A stretch of 64,000 bases of DNA from Octopus sinensis (Eukaryota), in the NCBI RefSeq assembly GCF_006345805.1, contig NC_042998.1:496001-560000 (forward strand), given 5' to 3'. Under the pieces are notes generated by a model that saw only the letters and a program-made list of their open reading frames with translations, made no database searches and was not told the origin of the DNA. The position numbers were made by a program, and so were the translations under genes. Positions 63,636-64,000 of this stretch are shown one piece after another; position 1 is the first letter of the stretch, and every line of letters begins with the position of its first letter.

Positions 63636-63772
63636 ATTCAACCTCTACTCTCAACTGTTACTGATTGAGCTTTTCATGATTGTATTTTTTCATTTAGATG
63701 TTGTTCTCCAATTAATATACCTCAGCTTTCTTGGTTAATCTATCAAAGCTGCCCTTATATATATAGATTATA

Positions 63773-63840
63773 CTAGCAACTAAGCCCGGTTTCACCCGGT
63801 CTGTTTGGATGATGTGGCTGCGATCGTTTTTAGTTAGGCA
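63773..63840 (-). mobile_element. Helitron 3' end fragment
   Basis: A|CTAGCAACTAAGCCCGGTTTCACCCGG, the same pattern as at 4735 and 40431. Confidence 0.5.
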
Positions 63841-64000
63841 TATGTGAATGAAAATTAAGTTCAGACCTGTACATGGTAGCTAGACCTGGTAGAAATAGCA
63901 GCCAAATCTCCCTCAAAACACCCTATTGTCCTACTCTGACAATTCTGCCTATTATGTAGTTTGAATGAGAAACTGTAACTAAAGATTACGATTATTAGCC

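Overview
AT-rich, repeat-saturated animal DNA. The SINE, LINE and microsatellite content fits an Octopus genome; this is inferred from the repeats, not verified. The window appears to be mostly intronic sequence of a + strand gene I cannot name. Three phase-compatible exons (18245-18375, 27506-27606, 44901-44979) splice into an open 104-codon frame, and a few weaker exon candidates lie up- and downstream. The only long ORF (24003-27071, - strand) belongs to a young RTE-clade LINE (23393-27037). It has intact APE endonuclease and RT motifs and a C4HC3 PHD finger inside the RT, but it is truncated exactly at the start of the endonuclease. About 20 truncated copies or tails of the same RTE family are present. 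The rest comprises about 5 tRNA-derived SINE families, non-autonomous Helitrons, piggyBac-, hAT- and mariner-type MITEs, decayed LINE and Penelope-like remnants, several long fold-back palindromes, a 19-bp minisatellite, a 350-bp tandem array and very long TA/CA microsatellites. The most notable candidates are a variant (G3-C8) minimal hammerhead ribozyme in a palindrome at 5419-5469, the RT-embedded PHD finger, inverted RTE copies bracketing a single host exon, a Helitron carrying a tandem array and an RTE tail, and a multi-level transposon nest. Nearly all short ORFs in the supplied track are repeat artefacts. Coordinates of decayed repeats are approximate.
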